Shown here in pieces: positions 15,268 through 16,752 of a stretch of DNA of 16,752 nucleotides. A model generated the notes under the pieces. The model was not told the DNA's origin and did no database searches. It was given only the letters and a program-made list of their open reading frames with translations. How positions within the stretch are numbered: position 1 is the stretch's first letter; the number at the start of each line of letters is the position of its first letter. The stretch comes from Atribacterota bacterium (GTDB lineage: Bacteria > Atribacterota > Phoenicimicrobiia > Phoenicimicrobiales > Phoenicimicrobiaceae), in assembly GCA_038203565.1 (NCBI GenBank), contig JBBRDV010000029.1, positions 1 through 16,752 of the forward strand. The letters run 5' to 3'. Both the position numbers and the translations under genes were made by a program.

Positions 15268-15304
15268 AGTCCTTTGGTATTTTACTGAAGGACTTTTATT
15301 TTTT
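15268..15304 (+). terminator. Rho-independent terminator (also copy B of the diverged repeat)
   Basis: AGTCCTTTGGT-ATTTT-ACTGAAGGACT, an 11-bp stem with two G-U pairs, followed by TTTATTTTTT. Confidence 0.75.
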
Positions 15305-15319
15305 AAAAATATAAAAAAA

Positions 15320-15348
15320 TTGATTTTTAGCTTAAAAAATAGTATATT
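15320..15348 (+). promoter_or_regulatory. Candidate sigma70 promoter
   Basis: TTGATT-17 nt-TATATT with an A-rich UP-like tract, just after the terminator. The AT-rich context lowers specificity. Confidence 0.45.
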
Positions 15349-15400
15349 AATAAAAAATAGTTGATATATTTATTAAGTCTAATAATTATATTTTTAATGA

Positions 15401-15497
15401 CCGTACTTTTTTAGTATCAATAGGTATCGAGGTGAGGGGAAAGACCTATCGTACATAGGGCAGTATATACCAGCTGTTGGTAAATAAATGGGTACGG
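15401..15497 (+). ncRNA. Candidate structured RNA (multi-stem leader or sRNA), family not recognised
   Basis: GC-richer island in AT-rich DNA. CCGTAC/GTACGG (15401-06/15492-97) encloses ATAGGT/ACCTAT (15420-25/15444-49) and TACCA/TGGTA (15468-72/15478-82). Confidence 0.35.
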
Positions 15498-15555
15498 GCT
15501 GTGTCAGAACTTATAGAATATTGCTAACATAATAAATATTATCTGTTAAAGTTTA

Positions 15556-15564
15556 TGGTAGAAT
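15556..15564 (+). promoter_or_regulatory. Candidate extended -10 promoter for the DUF1328 gene
   Basis: TG-G-TAGAAT about 30 nt before the ATG, upstream of the SD AAGGAGG. Confidence 0.4.
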
Positions 15565-15595
15565 AGTAGGGTCTAAAGAAAGGAGGAAGAAGTCT

Positions 15596-15751
15596 ATGTT
15601 ACGTTGGGCAGTAATATTTTTTGTTATTGCAATTGTTGCAGGGTTGTTGGGATTTACAGGAATTGCGGGTTCGTCCATGCAGATCGCTAAAATCTTGTTC
15701 GTTGTTTTCATAATTTTAGCGGTGGTTATCTTTATTTTTGGAAGAGTGTAG
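15596..15751 (+). CDS. DUF1328 / UPF0391 (YtjA-like) small membrane protein, 51 aa
   Basis: [51 protein letters not shown] is a very recognisable family pattern, with SD AAGGAGG. It is below the ORF-track cutoff. Confidence 0.93.
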   Translation: MLRWAVIFFVIAIVAGLLGFTGIAGSSMQIAKILFVVFIILAVVIFIFGRV

Positions 15752-15908
15752 TCCTTATAATTCTCCAATTGATAAACGCAAGACGAGAAACCAGAAAGGA
15801 AGGTATTTATAAAAAAATTTCTTATAGTGCTAGGGGTAGGTGCCTTTAAATACACCTCATAGGTGGTAAAATTACAGACAGAAAATGAATAAATAGGAGG
15901 TAATAGAA

Positions 15909-16247
15909 ATGAATAAAAGTCATTTTTATAGAAAATCAATTAAAAGATTGATGTTTATTCTTTCCATTTTTGTGCTTATATGTTTCACCTTCGGTATTTC
16001 TGTCTACGCTCAAAGTGCCGAACAAACAGATATGAATAAAAGCATTCAACTGATTAACCCTCATCCCGTATTTTCATTAAGGCTGCGATTAGAGAATAGA
16101 GATAGTGCCAGTTATGTCCCGGGAGAAAGAATGGCCTTATCTTTTGAATCCACCAAAGATGCCTATGTCACCATCTATAAGTATGATCCGGAAGGAAGAG
16201 TAATAATTATCTTTAGTTCGGGAAATGATTTGTACCCTTATCCTTAA
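15909..16247 (+). CDS. Secreted DUF4384-domain protein, apparently C-terminally truncated
   Basis: SD AGGAGGT, signal peptide ending VYA-Q, then 'YVPGERMALSFESTKDAYVTIYKYDPEGRVIIIF' (first part of DUF4384) and an early stop. Confidence 0.6.
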   Translation: MNKSHFYRKSIKRLMFILSIFVLICFTFGISVYAQSAEQTDMNKSIQLINPHPVFSLRLRLENRDSASYVPGERMALSFESTKDAYVTIYKYDPEGRVIIIFSSGNDLYPYP

Positions 16248-16284
16248 AGAAGGAAAAAATTTAAAATAAAAGGAAGTGTTAAAA

Positions 16285-16752
16285 ATGAAAAAGTGTTTGC
16301 TTATGCTCATCTTGGTTATGGTTTTTACCCTATTTATCTCCAGTTTTGTCCAGGCACAATTAACCGATGAGGAAATTAAAATAGATAAATGTATTGCGGT
16401 ATTGGAGGAAATGGCTTCACGTAAAGATCAGGCTGGGGCCTTTAGCCAGCTCTTAGGGAGGGCAGAAGGCATTGTCATCTACCCCAGATTAGTCAACATA
16501 GGACTTGGTTGGGGTGCTATGTTTGGGGATGGAATCGTTCTTCGAAAGGATATGATCACCAAGGAGTGGTATGGTCCGGCATTTATAGAGCTTAAAACCG
16601 CTTCGGTTGGTCTGCAGATTGGTATTCAGGAAGTATCCTTGGTATTAGTACTAATGGATGATAAAGCACTGGAAGTTTTTAAGAGTACTGATTTTGAAAT
16701 CGGAGCAGATATCAGCATTGCCCCGGGGCCCTTGGGTGATTCCTTGCAAGCT
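16285..16752 (+). CDS. Lipid-binding SYLF/Ysc84-domain secreted protein (partial, runs off the window)
   Basis: Open frame from ATG 16285 to the end: signal peptide, AEGIVIYP, GxGxG.., EWYGPAF, ASVGLQIGIQEVSLVLVLM and IGADISIAPGPLG. Confidence 0.88.
   Translation, partial: MKKCLLMLILVMVFTLFISSFVQAQLTDEEIKIDKCIAVLEEMASRKDQAGAFSQLLGRAEGIVIYPRLVNIGLGWGAMFGDGIVLRKDMITKEWYGPAFIELKTASVGLQIGIQEVSLVLVLMDDKALEVFKSTDFEIGADISIAPGPLGDSLQA

Noticed and set aside
15838..15875. AGGTG/CACCT/AGGTG alternative pairings upstream of the DUF4384 gene
   Set aside because: Only 5-bp stems, compatible with chance.
15553..15939. 128-aa minus-strand ORF
   Set aside because: Antisense shadow of the clear DUF1328 gene.
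1..16752. CRISPR array, intact tRNA/rRNA, intact IS or integrase
   Set aside because: No regularly spaced repeat-spacer array, cloverleaf or transposase/integrase ORF was seen.

Overview
AT-rich bacterial DNA from an anaerobe; almost everything is on the + strand. The lineage cannot be fixed from this window, and Atribacterota-like is only a guess. (1) 253-3815: an envelope module of an OB-fold lipoprotein, a MacB/FtsX-type ABC permease, two ABC ATPases and a membrane-anchored DUF1573 protein. (2) 3880-14188: a tightly packed sulfur-trafficking and sulfur-amino-acid supercluster. It runs nadA, three tandem PP-loop sulfur insertases (an atypical mnmA, an orphan larE, and a THUMP-less ThiI-like/NFACT-R protein), a SufS-type cysteine desulfurase, fdhD, an internally deleted thiF/moeB, an IscR-like Rrf2 regulator, cysK, the methanogen-type aspartate-semialdehyde sulfurtransferase pair (MA1821/MA1822-like) and cysE. 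(3) 14200-15300: a decayed region with an SDR gene tail and a nonsense-mutated excisionase-like HTH. It also holds a small membrane-peptide ORF and two diverged copies of a tRNA-3'-end-like + terminator repeat, possibly an integration relic. (4) 15300-end: promoter candidates, a candidate structured RNA, a DUF1328 gene missed by the ORF track, a truncated DUF4384 gene and a SYLF/Ysc84 gene running off the window. All family assignments are from motif recognition by eye; no searches were run.
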